DNA of 64,000 nucleotides, taken from assembly GCF_044324875.1 (NCBI RefSeq), contig NZ_CP172185.1; one strand, 5' to 3'. Source of the stretch: Escherichia coli. Lineage in GTDB: Bacteria; Pseudomonadota; Gammaproteobacteria; Enterobacterales; Enterobacteriaceae. Each line of letters begins with the position of its first letter. The stretch's first letter is position 1. The translations under genes and the position numbers were made by a program. A model generated the notes under the pieces. That model was not told where the DNA came from. It worked only from the letters and a program-made list of their open reading frames with translations, and searched no databases. This document shows positions 30,201 through 40,420 of this stretch, piece after piece.

Positions 30201-31043
30201 GTCGGCGCAGCGCTGCCATACATCGTCATTTGCAAGTGAGAAATGCTTACGCAGGCGCATTTCAACCGAGGCAAAGCGCAACAGATAGCCAGGCTGCCTG
30301 TCATCCGGGGTGAACGTAATAAGATGGGCATCATAATCCCAGTCGAAGCGGATGAATTGCAGTGCAATGACAACCTCAGTGGCATATTCCAGACCACCTT
30401 CCTGGACAATTTGATCCATTAACTCTTCGTGATCGTTACGATTGAAGCCTTGTTCCAGCGCAACCAGTACCGCCAGAACCATCGGTGGTAGCGTGGTGCT
30501 AATCGGCGAGTCGATAAGGCCCACTGCTTGTGTTATCGCCTGCTGCCAGTCCAGTGAACAGGTGCTGTAATCGAAGGTGATCACCTTTTTAAAACGTCGG
30601 TGAGTATTCGCGGCGACGGAGCGTAGCAGAGTTAATTCATTCTCCTGTGGCACAGGATCGCCAGGCCAGCGTCGATGACTTAGTGTGGTTGGCGCAACCT
30701 CTGTCGGTAAAATGATTTGGGCGTCGTCTGCCAGCCAGGGGAGGTTGTCTCCAACAAATACTGGTTTGTCTTGTGGCAAAGGGGCTATTTCGGGGCATTC
30801 GATAACCTGGACGGGGACAGATGTCGGTGTTATCACGGATACTTCTTCTACGTAGCCCTTTTTTGTTTTCTCCGCAATCAACTTCAGTTCCGCTTTTTCC
30901 GCCGCCGCAGCATCAGCAAAGCTTTTTACCTGACTTTGCCCGTTGGTGCTGACTTTACCCCAGCTAATATGCAGCTCGTTTCCCTGCTGCTCCACCGCCC
31001 AGAATTTATGTGATTTTTCGTCCTGATAAATATAGGTTTTCAT
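27282..31043 (-). CDS. MolR-like WGR / DUF4132 protein, middle paralog
   Basis: 1253 aa; N-terminal WGR motif KFWAVEQQGNELHISWGKVSTNGQ; C-terminus ...SVLDAITASELINDIEALFE parallels the upstream copy. Confidence 0.8.
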   Translation of the reverse strand: MKTYIYQDEKSHKFWAVEQQGNELHISWGKVSTNGQSQVKSFADAAAAEKAELKLIAEKTKKGYVEEVSVITPTSVPVQVIECPEIAPLPQDKPVFVGDNLPWLADDAQIILPTEVAPTTLSHRRWPGDPVPQENELTLLRSVAANTHRRFKKVITFDYSTCSLDWQQAITQAVGLIDSPISTTLPPMVLAVLVALEQGFNRNDHEELMDQIVQEGGLEYATEVVIALQFIRFDWDYDAHLITFTPDDRQPGYLLRFASVEMRLRKHFSLANDDVWQRCADKLIAALGNMPAWHQPLVALLLPEKPEVAHEIARHFCGQKGLYALEWLKLTVTDAQVLADLEKYYPGQPGQVFDDYYGGNIWCATALQEQGVTALARFAHYATGDTCGEVLMHINHPQALTLLIHASEQGKRCHDRMTKAFVRFPHAALAALAELLAQKDEKRWRMMLMTMLISQPILAEQVIPWLSTPAVAVLKSCQQQLKQPSNHASADMLPAILVSPPWLSKKKKSVMPVLDLTPLPLESCCTLTETAEKEIHARHRWHAHQIDIGQKEDIQNYLTRLGFNRWNNGQYMKASDAVVELWQRGDYSALISEFKTFWHSYQREWQLYMLAALPIEKTAQAWNVLSKEPHVGVEFVMTHLQLAGLQGFIHSFSRYPQEALPVAQYFAAIELAPLIARAFNKLKTLRQDARSWLLKYPEHAITGLLPAALGKAGEAQDNARAALRMLTENGHQPLLQEIARRYNQPEVTDAVNALLALDALDNHPTKIPTLPAFYQPSLWTRPVLKANAQSLPDSALLRLGEMLRFPQEEALYPGLLQVKAACTADSLAEFAWDLFTAWQTAGAPSKESWAFTALGVLGNDDTARKLTPLIRAWPGESQHKRATVGLDILAAISSDIALMQLNGIAQKLKFKALQERAKEKIADIAESRELTVAELEDRLAPDLGLDDNGSLLLDFGPRQFTVSFDETLKPFVRDASGSRLKDLPKPNKSDDESRADEAVNRYKLLKKDTRTVAAQQVTRLESAMCLRRRWSPENFQLFLVEHPLVRHLTRRLIWGVYSAENKLLACFRVAEDNSYSTADDDLFTLPEGDISVGIPHVLEISPTDAAAFGQLFADYELLPPFRQLDRNSYALTETERNASELIRWAGRKCPSGRVMGLANKGWMRGEPQDGGWIGWMIKPLGRWSLIMEIDEGFAVGMSPAELSAEQLLSKLWLWEGKAESYGWGSNSTQEAQFSVLDAITASELINDIEALFE

Positions 31044-31055
31044 TGCTAAATCCTT

Positions 31056-34000
31056 TTAATCAAACAGTGATTCAATATCGTTAATCAGCTCGCTAGCGGT
31101 GATGTTGTCGAGCACGGAGAAAGTGGGGGAGGATTGTTTACCGTAGCGATCATAAGAGGCAGTGATTTTTACGCTTTCGACAGGCAGCAGGTCGCTATAC
31201 CCCGTTTCGCCATAAATTAATGAAAAATGTTCTGTTTCAAGTTCGAGAGCGCCATAAGGGGTAGATTTGCGCATCGCATAGACGCTGCCGCTTTCTTCCA
31301 GACGTTGCCAGCCTCTGCGTTCCAGCCCGACAATGCGACCAGCCTGGCAGAGCCGTCCGTCCCAGTGTGACAATTCATGGACATTACGTTCGTTATCAGC
31401 AAGGTGGTAACTACCACGTTCGAGCTGTTGGAAAGGGGGAAGCAGTTCGTAATCAACGTAAATTTGCCTGAATGCAGCGGCGGATTCAGGGGGGATTTCC
31501 AGCACATGCGGTATACCGATGTTTCCTGCTGGCAGCGTGAATAACTCATCCTGCGCATCGCTGTAAGTGCTGTCTTCTGCGACCCGGAAGCAGGCAATCA
31601 GCGTGTTTTCCTCAGTATATACCCCCCATAACAGCCGTCGGGTTAAGTGACGTACCAGCGGATGCTCCACCAGGAACAGGCGGAACTGTTCTGCCGTCCA
31701 GCGTCTGCGCTGGCACATAGCCTGCTCCAGACGATCAACCTGCTGGCTGGCAATGGCGCGCACATCTTTCTTCAATTGTTTAAAGAGGTTAACGGCGTCA
31801 GTTGCCAGTGTTTTATCATCGCTCTGGTTTTGTTTGGGTAAATCTTTCAGGACCTTTCCGTTTGCATCGCGCACTACAGGTTTTAAGGTTTCGTCAAAAC
31901 CAACGGTGAATTGGCGTGGGCCGAAATCAAGTGTCAGCGAGCCACTGCTATCAAGCCCTAAATCTGGAGCCAGGCGGTCTTCCAGTTCAGCCATAGTCAG
32001 CCCACGGTTTTCAGCAACTATGTTGATTTTCTCGCGGGCATGTTCCTGTAATGCAACGAATTTAATCTTTTTCGCAATGCCATTAAGTAGCATTAGCGCA
32101 ACATCGCTGCCAATATCAGCTAATACATCCAGCCCGGACACCGCCCGTTTATGCTGGGATTCCCCAGGCCAGGCGCGGATAAGCGGGGTTGACTTACGCG
32201 CGGTGTCGTCATTGCCTAAAATCCCCAGCGAAGTAAATGCCCAGTTTTCTTTTGCGGGTGCGCCAGCTTCTGTCCATGCGGTATACAGATCCCAGCCAAA
32301 GTCAGCCAGTGATTCGCGGGTGAAGGTCTCTTTGATGGTCGCCAGCCCAGCGTAGGCGGTAATGTCGCGTGGAAAGCTCAACATTGTGCCCAGGTGGCGC
32401 ATAGCGTCATCTGGCAGAGGCAGGTTGTTACTTTTAAGCCGTGGTCTGCGCCATAAGGTGAACTGATAAAAGCCGGGCGGTGGGGCGATTTTAGCGGGAT
32501 ATTCTTCCAGCGGATCGCTATCGAACAATGTTGCCAGCGCAGCTAAAACATCAGGTTGGTTGTATCTCCGGGCGATTTCTTCAATCGTTTCTCGCTGGTT
32601 TAATTTCACTAGCAGGCGGAGTGCCTGGCGGGCATATTCCCGATTTTGGCACGGTTTGCCCAGCGCCAAAGGCAGTAGCCCGGCGGTGGCATGGCGCGGG
32701 TTATTTGCCAGCCAATTAACGGAATCCTTGTAAGCCATTTTTTTCTGTAACCGCTGCGCCATTGGTAAGGCTAGTTCACTGGCCCCAATAAAGAGGGTGA
32801 ATATCCACAGTCGTTGATGATCTCGTTGCAAGCAGGTCATAAACGCAGGAATGGCTGTACTACCAAAAACCGCCAGAATCTCTTTCTCACCTGAATATCG
32901 CTCCTCAATGATTATTTGGTTGAGAAATGAAATCGCCTGTTGTCCCGGTAAGTAACAAAGCGCAGATAGATTCCAGCTTTTGTTGGCATTGTTGTGATAT
33001 TTCGCAAACTCAGCTTTTAGTGCTGGAAAATCAAAGCGCAACAACGCATCAACAGCGCTTTGCGGTATATATTTTTTTTCATGTAAGTCATCTTCGCAAT
33101 GCAGCCATTCATTAAAACCTAATTGCCAAAGGATTTGTTGTTCTGGTGTAAAAGGAATGAAAGATGTCTCCCAGCTTTCTTTTTCAATTAGTGGCAGGTC
33201 GGTAAATAAGGTTTGCTGTGATGACTGAAATTGCGCGATTTTACTGAATCTGGATATGTCAGTATGACTGATTAACTCTGTAATTCCTGGCGTGATGTCA
33301 GTGACGGCAGGGATGGGAAGCACCGGTAAATCAAATACGGGTATTACATTCGTTTTCTTATTTATTACCCACGGTGGAGCGACAAACAGCTCCGGCAACA
33401 TATCCGCAGTGGCGTATTCACATTCTTCAGCGACTAACTGAGTACGACATTCAGATAAAATTCCTGCCGCTTTAGCATTAACCCTGGGAATGACGTCAGT
33501 GACTAACTCTGGCGTGGCGGTAATCAGTTTGACAAGCGCTTTACGCCACTCTTTGTCTTCATGTATTGCCAGCAAAGTAGCATAAGCGGCAAGAGCCGCA
33601 GCGGGATGTTTTTGACAGGCTTTGCTTAAGTATTCCAGGTGCTTTTTCTTGCCAATCACACCGAGGATCAGAATTTGAATCGCATCCGGGTGATTCGTTT
33701 TCCATAGCCATTTGACAAGATCTTCAGTCTCGCTGATACGCTCGAAAAGATAAGTGGGATTGTCAGAATGCTCTTCCGTAAACTCAAGAAGTATCCGGCT
33801 TACACCGCGCACCCCATTATTTGCCAGCAACATTGCCAGATAAGCGCGAAAATCATGATACAACGGTGGGAAGTCGTATTTTTCTGCTGTAGTCAGAGCG
33901 GCGTCATCGGTTACCACCAGTCTTAACCAGGTCATCGCCGGAACGTTTTGATCTGCATAACGTAGCGCCATAGCATTGGCAATATCCGGGCGTTCAGGGA

Positions 34001-34853
34001 GCAGTAACGCCGCAAAAGGTTGTCGTGCTGGGGATAGCGAGGGAATAGCAGCGAGTACTTTATCTACACAGCGTTGCCACTCATCTTCTGAAGCGAGTGA
34101 AAGATGATGACATAGACGTTGATGCCAACTAGGTAGCGATTCTGCTTCGTGATTAGGTGGAATGATGGTGGTTACTGCGCCTTTTACTGGTTTATATTTG
34201 AGTTGAAGAGCGAGAAGGGCGATTTCAACGGCACTTTCCAGACCACAGCGAATGACTAAGTCATCGACCAGTTCATCTTGAGAGTAAGAGTTCCAAAAGC
34301 CCCAGAGCAATGCTGCATCAGATTGCGCACTCCCTGTCGGTTGATTACCCTTAACTCGAATTTGTAACTCAGCAAAAGCCTGCTGCCAGTTTTCTGGATA
34401 AGAGCGGTAATTGTTGTCGGGATCATATGCCCTGGTGTTATTCGCGATGCGCTTCCATATTTGGCCATCTTTGTACAGATAATTGATCTCTCTGGGGCGA
34501 GAGCGATGAGGAAAAGCAAATCGATTAATATCGTCAGTGACCGGAATGACTGCATCATCAGCCAGCCATGGGCGTTTGTTTTTACTCTCAAGGGAGGTTT
34601 CAACTTCAGGAGTGGCTTTGGTGATGGGGGGGATATGCACGTTTGCTGAAGCATTTTCCACATAGCCTTTTTTCGTTTTCTCTGCGATCAGCTTAAGCTC
34701 CGCTTTTGCCGCTGCCGCAGCATCCGCAAAGCTTTTTACCTGGTTTTGCCCGTTGGTGCCAATTTTTCCCCAACTGATATGCAACTCGTTTCCCTGTTGC
34801 TCCACCGCCCAGAATTTATGTGATTTTTCGTCCTGAAAGATAAAGTGTCTCAT
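31056..34853 (-). CDS. molR: MolR (annotated molybdate metabolism regulator; WGR / DUF4132), intact
   Basis: 1265 aa; N-terminal WGR domain; adjacent to metG as in E. coli. Confidence 0.75.
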   Translation of the reverse strand: MRHFIFQDEKSHKFWAVEQQGNELHISWGKIGTNGQNQVKSFADAAAAAKAELKLIAEKTKKGYVENASANVHIPPITKATPEVETSLESKNKRPWLADDAVIPVTDDINRFAFPHRSRPREINYLYKDGQIWKRIANNTRAYDPDNNYRSYPENWQQAFAELQIRVKGNQPTGSAQSDAALLWGFWNSYSQDELVDDLVIRCGLESAVEIALLALQLKYKPVKGAVTTIIPPNHEAESLPSWHQRLCHHLSLASEDEWQRCVDKVLAAIPSLSPARQPFAALLLPERPDIANAMALRYADQNVPAMTWLRLVVTDDAALTTAEKYDFPPLYHDFRAYLAMLLANNGVRGVSRILLEFTEEHSDNPTYLFERISETEDLVKWLWKTNHPDAIQILILGVIGKKKHLEYLSKACQKHPAAALAAYATLLAIHEDKEWRKALVKLITATPELVTDVIPRVNAKAAGILSECRTQLVAEECEYATADMLPELFVAPPWVINKKTNVIPVFDLPVLPIPAVTDITPGITELISHTDISRFSKIAQFQSSQQTLFTDLPLIEKESWETSFIPFTPEQQILWQLGFNEWLHCEDDLHEKKYIPQSAVDALLRFDFPALKAEFAKYHNNANKSWNLSALCYLPGQQAISFLNQIIIEERYSGEKEILAVFGSTAIPAFMTCLQRDHQRLWIFTLFIGASELALPMAQRLQKKMAYKDSVNWLANNPRHATAGLLPLALGKPCQNREYARQALRLLVKLNQRETIEEIARRYNQPDVLAALATLFDSDPLEEYPAKIAPPPGFYQFTLWRRPRLKSNNLPLPDDAMRHLGTMLSFPRDITAYAGLATIKETFTRESLADFGWDLYTAWTEAGAPAKENWAFTSLGILGNDDTARKSTPLIRAWPGESQHKRAVSGLDVLADIGSDVALMLLNGIAKKIKFVALQEHAREKINIVAENRGLTMAELEDRLAPDLGLDSSGSLTLDFGPRQFTVGFDETLKPVVRDANGKVLKDLPKQNQSDDKTLATDAVNLFKQLKKDVRAIASQQVDRLEQAMCQRRRWTAEQFRLFLVEHPLVRHLTRRLLWGVYTEENTLIACFRVAEDSTYSDAQDELFTLPAGNIGIPHVLEIPPESAAAFRQIYVDYELLPPFQQLERGSYHLADNERNVHELSHWDGRLCQAGRIVGLERRGWQRLEESGSVYAMRKSTPYGALELETEHFSLIYGETGYSDLLPVESVKITASYDRYGKQSSPTFSVLDNITASELINDIESLFD

Positions 34854-34993
34854 TCTGCATCCCTGTAATTTTATCCAGTTGAATGCAGATGCTACCAGTA
34901 TTTATGCGGGTTAGAGAGAGACAAAATCGCAAGAAAACAACTTTAGGAATTTATAAAGAAAAGGCGCTGTCGATACAGCGCCTTGAAAGGAGA

Positions 34994-37027
34994 TTATTTC
35001 ACCTGATGACCCGGTTTAGCACCGGCATCCGGGCTTAGCAGGAAAATATCTTTCCCGCCAGGACCGGCAGCCATCACCATGCCTTCAGAGATACCGAAGC
35101 GCATTTTACGTGGTGCCAGGTTAGCCACCATAATGGTGTGACGACCAATCAGTGCCTGCGGATCCGGGTAGGCAGAACGAATGCCGGAGAAGACATTGCG
35201 TTTTTCACCGCCGAGATCCAGCGTCAGGCGCAGCAGTTTGTCAGAACCTTCAACAAACTCTGCGTTTTCAATCAGCGCCACGCGCAGGTCAACTTTAGCG
35301 AAGTCGTCAAAGGTGATGGTTTCCTGAATCGGATCATCTGCCAGTGGGCCAGTTACTGGCGCGGCAGTGGCTTTCACTTCTTCTTTAGAGGCTTCCACCA
35401 GTGCTTCAACCTGCTTCATGTCGATGCGGTTATACAGTGCTTTGAACGGATTCACTTTATGCGCCAGCAGCGGTTGCTGGATACCATCCCAGGTCAGTTC
35501 CGTATTCAGGAATGCTTCTGCACGTTCAGTCAGTTTCGGCAGTACCGGTTTCAGGTAGGTCATCAGCACGCGGAACAGGTTGATGCCCATCGAGCAAATT
35601 GCCTGCAGGTCGGCATCGCGGCCTTCCTGTTTCGCCACCACCCACGGAGCCTGTTCATCGACATAGCGGTTAGCCAGATCTGCCAGCGCCATAATTTCGC
35701 GTACTGCTTTACCAAATTCGCGGCTTTCCCACGCTTCACCAATCACTTCAGCGGCATCCGTGAAGGTTTTGTACAGCTGCGGGTCAGCCAGTTCGCCTGC
35801 CAACACACCGTCAAAACGCTTGTTGATAAAGCCAGCGTTACGGGATGCCAGGTTAACCACTTTATTCACGATATCGGCATTCACACGCTGAACGAAATCT
35901 TCCAGGTTGAGATCGATATCATCAATGCGCGAAGAGAGTTTCGCAGTGTAGTAGTAACGCAGGCTGTCAGCGTCAAAATGATTCAGCCAGGTGCTGGCTT
36001 TAATAAAGGTGCCGCGAGACTTGGACATCTTCGCGCCGTTCACCGTCACATAGCCATGAACAAACAGGTTAGTCGGCTTGCGGAAGTTGCTGCCTTCCAG
36101 CATGGCAGGCCAGAACAGGCTGTGGAAGTAAACGATATCTTTACCGATGAAGTGGTAAAGCTCGGCGGTGGAATCTTTCTTCCAGTATTCATCGAAGCTG
36201 GTGGTGTCGCCGCGTTTGTCGCACAGATTCTTGAAGGAACCCATGTAGCCAATCGGTGCGTCCAGCCAGACGTAGAAATATTTGCCCGGCGCGTTCGGAA
36301 TTTCAAAACCGAAGTAAGGGGCGTCGCGGGAGATATCCCACTGTTGCAGGCCAGATTCAAACCACTCCTGCATTTTGTTTGCCACCTGCTCCTGCAATGC
36401 ACCGCTGCGGGTCCATGCCTGCAACATTTCGCTGAAAGAAGGCAGATCAAAGAAGAAGTGTTCAGAATCACGCATTACCGGCGTAGCACCAGAAACCACC
36501 GATTTAGGCTCGATAAGCTCAGTCGGGCTGTAGGTCGCGCCGCAGACTTCGCAGTTATCGCCGTATTGATCCGGGGATTTACATTTCGGGCAGGTGCCTT
36601 TTACAAAACGGTCCGGCAGGAACATGCCTTTTTCCGGATCGTACAGCTGTGAGATGGTGCGGCTTTTAATAAAACCGTTCTCTTTCAGGCGAGAATAAAT
36701 AAGTTCTGACAACTGGCGGTTCTCTTCGCTGTGCGTCGAGTGATAGTTGTCATAGCTGATGTTAAAGCCCGCAAAATCAGTCTGATGTTCCTGACTCATT
36801 TCGCCAATCATCTGCTCCGGGGTGATACCAAGCTGCTGAGCTTTCAGCATGATCGGTGTGCCGTGGGCATCGTCGGCGCAGATGAAGTTGACCTCGTGGC
36901 CGCGCATTCGCTGGTAACGGACCCAGACATCAGCCTGGATGTGCTCCAGCATATGGCCGAGGTGGATTGAGCCGTTAGCGTACGGCAGTGCGCACGTCAC
37001 CAGAATTTTCTTCGCGACTTGAGTCAT
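34994..37027 (-). CDS. metG: Methionine--tRNA ligase
   Basis: 677 aa from [25 protein letters not shown] (HIGH motif), KMSKS present, C-terminal tRNA-binding domain. Confidence 0.97.
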   Translation of the reverse strand: MTQVAKKILVTCALPYANGSIHLGHMLEHIQADVWVRYQRMRGHEVNFICADDAHGTPIMLKAQQLGITPEQMIGEMSQEHQTDFAGFNISYDNYHSTHSEENRQLSELIYSRLKENGFIKSRTISQLYDPEKGMFLPDRFVKGTCPKCKSPDQYGDNCEVCGATYSPTELIEPKSVVSGATPVMRDSEHFFFDLPSFSEMLQAWTRSGALQEQVANKMQEWFESGLQQWDISRDAPYFGFEIPNAPGKYFYVWLDAPIGYMGSFKNLCDKRGDTTSFDEYWKKDSTAELYHFIGKDIVYFHSLFWPAMLEGSNFRKPTNLFVHGYVTVNGAKMSKSRGTFIKASTWLNHFDADSLRYYYTAKLSSRIDDIDLNLEDFVQRVNADIVNKVVNLASRNAGFINKRFDGVLAGELADPQLYKTFTDAAEVIGEAWESREFGKAVREIMALADLANRYVDEQAPWVVAKQEGRDADLQAICSMGINLFRVLMTYLKPVLPKLTERAEAFLNTELTWDGIQQPLLAHKVNPFKALYNRIDMKQVEALVEASKEEVKATAAPVTGPLADDPIQETITFDDFAKVDLRVALIENAEFVEGSDKLLRLTLDLGGEKRNVFSGIRSAYPDPQALIGRHTIMVANLAPRKMRFGISEGMVMAAGPGGKDIFLLSPDAGAKPGHQVK

Positions 37028-37158
37028 AGTAGGCATTACTTCTTAATAGTGAAAAGGGGTTAGATAGTACCAAATGGGAAAATGTTAAGTAAGTACTTCT
37101 CTATATTCTTCAGGTAAACTATCAGCTGATGGTTTATCTATACAAAAAAGGAGTCGGG

Positions 37159-38268
37159 ATGAACGAACAATCCCAGGCCAAATCACCAGAAGCCTTGCGC
37201 GCAATGGTCGCCGGGACACTGGCCAATTTTCAGCACCCAACCCTGAAGCATAACCTCACCACGCTGAAAGCGTTGCACCATGTCGCCTGGATGGACGACA
37301 CGTTGCATGTGGAACTGGTTATGCCATTCGTCTGGCATAGCGCGTTCGAAGAGTTAAAAGAGCAATGTAGCGCCGAACTGCTGCGCATCACCGGGGCGAA
37401 AGCTATCGACTGGAAACTGTCGCACAATATCGCCACCTTAAAACGCGTGAAGAATCAGCCGGGAATTAACGGCGTGAAGAACATCATTGCGGTCAGCTCC
37501 GGTAAAGGCGGCGTGGGTAAATCCTCCACGGCGGTAAACCTGGCGCTGGCACTGGCGGCGGAAGGGGCGAAAGTCGGCATTCTGGACGCCGATATCTACG
37601 GCCCATCAATACCCACCATGCTGGGTGCAGAAAATCAGCGTCCAACTTCGCCGGACGGTACCCATATGGCACCGATTATGTCTCATGGACTGGCAACCAA
37701 TTCAATTGGTTATCTGGTCACTGACGACAATGCGATGGTGTGGCGTGGTCCGATGGCGAGCAAGGCGTTAATGCAGATGTTGCAGGAAACCTTGTGGCCG
37801 GATCTCGACTATCTGGTGCTTGATATGCCGCCAGGCACCGGTGACATTCAATTGACACTGGCACAAAACATTCCAGTAACTGGCGCGGTAGTGGTCACCA
37901 CCCCGCAGGACATTGCGTTGATCGATGCGAAAAAAGGCATTGTGATGTTCGAGAAAGTCGAGGTTCCGGTGCTCGGTATTGTCGAGAACATGAGTGTGCA
38001 CATTTGCAGTAACTGTGGTCACCATGAACCGATTTTCGGTACCGGTGGTGCAGAGAAACTGGCCGAGAAATACCACACGCAGTTGCTGGGGCAGATGCCG
38101 TTACACATCTTCTTACGTGAAGATCTCGATAAAGGCACGCCAACGGTTATCAGCCGTCCGGAGAGCGAATTTACCGCTATCTACCGCCAGCTGGCTGACC
38201 GCGTTGCAGCCCAGCTTTATTGGCAGGGTGAAGTCATTCCTGGCGAGATTTCCTTCCGCGCGGTCTAA
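37159..38268 (+). CDS. apbC: Fe-S cluster carrier ATPase ApbC (Mrp)
   Basis: 369 aa from MNEQSQAKSPEAL; P-loop SGKGGVGKSS; CxxC motif. Confidence 0.92.
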   Translation: MNEQSQAKSPEALRAMVAGTLANFQHPTLKHNLTTLKALHHVAWMDDTLHVELVMPFVWHSAFEELKEQCSAELLRITGAKAIDWKLSHNIATLKRVKNQPGINGVKNIIAVSSGKGGVGKSSTAVNLALALAAEGAKVGILDADIYGPSIPTMLGAENQRPTSPDGTHMAPIMSHGLATNSIGYLVTDDNAMVWRGPMASKALMQMLQETLWPDLDYLVLDMPPGTGDIQLTLAQNIPVTGAVVVTTPQDIALIDAKKGIVMFEKVEVPVLGIVENMSVHICSNCGHHEPIFGTGGAEKLAEKYHTQLLGQMPLHIFLREDLDKGTPTVISRPESEFTAIYRQLADRVAAQLYWQGEVIPGEISFRAV

Positions 38269-38530
38269 CGCGCATTAACCTTTTTGGTTGTTTTTCATAC
38301 ACCGCAGAGATGTTACATTGATGCGGTGTATTTGTTTTTGCCGCATTAATGAACACTTATTTAATGCTGCGAATATTCTGCGGACCTTCGTCCGAAACGC
38401 TATAAAGTCGATTGATCGTACAGGCAATGCTTCATTATCATCCTTCGTGGCTGTGTAGTGGATGTACAGCTATAGTTTGTTATGCACTCATTCTATCCAG
38501 GCATAACCTTTACTACAGGGATAACGTTCA

Positions 38531-38812
38531 ATGAATAAGTACTGGCTGTCAGGAATTATTTTTCTTGCCTATGGAATGGCTTCTCCCGCGTTCTCTTCAC
38601 AGACTGCCACATTAACGATTAATGGCAGGATCAGTTCCCCAACATGCAGTATGGCTATGGTTAATGGTCAACCTCAACAGCATTGTGGTCAGTTAACGTA
38701 TGATGTTGATACCCGTCATCAGGTTTCTTCGCCAGTCAAAGGTGTAACGACAGAAGTGGTTGTTGCAGGTAGCGATAGCAAACGTCGAATCGTGTTAAAT
38801 CGCTACGATTAA
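38531..38812 (+). CDS. yehE: Small secreted protein YehE (DUF2574)
   Basis: 93 aa with signal peptide; located upstream of the yeh fimbrial operon. Confidence 0.7.
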   Translation: MNKYWLSGIIFLAYGMASPAFSSQTATLTINGRISSPTCSMAMVNGQPQQHCGQLTYDVDTRHQVSSPVKGVTTEVVVAGSDSKRRIVLNRYD

Positions 38813-39107
38813 TTTGCCACCCTGGTTTTTTAATCGAATTCAGAAAGCTGAAATCATTCGTGTGAATGATTTCAGCTTTTTTATTTATATCAATAATACC
38901 ATTTACAAAAATATGCATTAATTAATAGATGTGATAAATATTTAATATGCTTAAGTATTTGTTGTATTTATATTGCAATAGTTGATTTGTTTTAAATCAA
39001 TAAAACAATATGTTTACATTGCGGCAACTTTTTTGATGTGAGAAATTTGTTTCCAAGAGATACAGACTCTTAACAACCAAAAAATAAATTTTATTAAGGA
39101 ACATATT

Positions 39108-39650
39108 ATGAAACGTTCAATTATTGCTGCCGCTGTCTTTTCTTCTTTTTTTATGAGCGCTGGGGTATTTGCCGCAGACGTTGATACCGGAACATTAACC
39201 ATTAAAGGGAATATTGCAGAATCTCCGTGTAAATTCGAAGCGGGTGGCGATTCAGTAAGTATTAATATGCCAACTGTACCAACCACTGTCTTTGAAGGTA
39301 AAGCTAAATACTCGACCTATGATGATGCAGTCGGTGTAACCAGCAGCATGTTAAAAATTAGCTGTCCGAAAGAAGTTGCTGGTGTAAAACTCTCGTTGAT
39401 TACCAACGATAAAATAACCGGAAACGATAAGGCGATAGCCAGTAGCAACGATACCGTGGGGTACTATCTCTATTTAGGTGATAACAGCGATGTCCTGGAT
39501 GTTTCTGCACCTTTTAACATTGAGAGTTATAAAACAGCGGACGGTCAATATGCTATTCCGTTTAAAGCAAAATACCTGAAGCTGACAGATAATTCAGTGC
39601 AATCAGGTGATGTGTTATCTTCTCTGGTTATGCGTGTGGCGCAGGATTAA
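39108..39650 (+). CDS. yehD: Fimbrial major subunit YehD
   Basis: 180 aa, signal peptide, fimbrial subunit fold with conserved Cys pair. Confidence 0.85.
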   Translation: MKRSIIAAAVFSSFFMSAGVFAADVDTGTLTIKGNIAESPCKFEAGGDSVSINMPTVPTTVFEGKAKYSTYDDAVGVTSSMLKISCPKEVAGVKLSLITNDKITGNDKAIASSNDTVGYYLYLGDNSDVLDVSAPFNIESYKTADGQYAIPFKAKYLKLTDNSVQSGDVLSSLVMRVAQD

Positions 39651-39730
39651 TAAATAAAATTTCAAGTTTCTCCAGGTAATAAACATGGCTGCTATCCCCA
39701 TGGCGGCCTTTTAATTTAAGAGGCATTAAG

Positions 39731-40405
39731 ATGAAAGGATTATTTGCTTTACTCATTTCTTCTATGGTCCTTCCTGCACATGCCGGTATTGTTATCTACG
39801 GGACGCGTATTATTTACCCGGCAGAAAATAAAGAAGTGATGGTGCAGTTGATGAATCAGGGAAACCGTTCTTCGCTGCTGCAGGCGTGGATTGATGATGG
39901 TGATACGTCGTTACCACCAGAAAAAATTCAGGTTCCTTTCATGTTAACGCCACCAGTGGCAAAAATAGGGGCAAATTCCGGGCAGCAAGTAAAAATCAAA
40001 ATTATGCCGAATAAACTGCCCACTAATAAAGAGAGCATTTTTTATCTGAATGTTCTGGATATTCCACCAAATAGTCCAGAGCAAGAGGGCAAGAATGCAC
40101 TGAAATTTGCAATGCAAAACAGAATCAAATTGTTTTACCGGCCTGTGGGTATTGCACCGGTAAATAAAGCGACATTTAAAAAGTTACTGGTAAATCGCAG
40201 TGGCAATGGATTGGTGATAAAAAATGAATCAGCAAATTGGGTGACGATTTCGGATGTCAAAGCTAATAATGTCAAAGTCAATTATGAAACTATTATGATT
40301 GCCCCCTTAGAAAGTCAGAGTATTAATGTCAAAAGTAATAATGCGAATAACTGGCATCTGACCATTATCGATGACCATGGCAACTATATTAGTGACAAAA
40401 TTTAA
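39731..40405 (+). CDS. yehC: Fimbrial periplasmic chaperone YehC (PapD-like)
   Basis: GTRIIYP chaperone motif; signal peptide. Confidence 0.88.
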   Translation: MKGLFALLISSMVLPAHAGIVIYGTRIIYPAENKEVMVQLMNQGNRSSLLQAWIDDGDTSLPPEKIQVPFMLTPPVAKIGANSGQQVKIKIMPNKLPTNKESIFYLNVLDIPPNSPEQEGKNALKFAMQNRIKLFYRPVGIAPVNKATFKKLLVNRSGNGLVIKNESANWVTISDVKANNVKVNYETIMIAPLESQSINVKSNNANNWHLTIIDDHGNYISDKI

Positions 40406-40420
40406 TTGCAGGAGCTGCCT

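Noticed and set aside
23628-34853. Three giant paralogs as Rhs/toxin or mobile elements
   Set aside because: No Rhs/YD repeats, no flanking IS or integrase, and conserved core-gene synteny (metG, yehK); better explained as chromosomal paralogs.
35138-36652. 504-aa plus-strand ORF
   Set aside because: Lies entirely antisense within metG, whose identification is unambiguous; a long antisense frame in a GC-balanced gene is an artefact.
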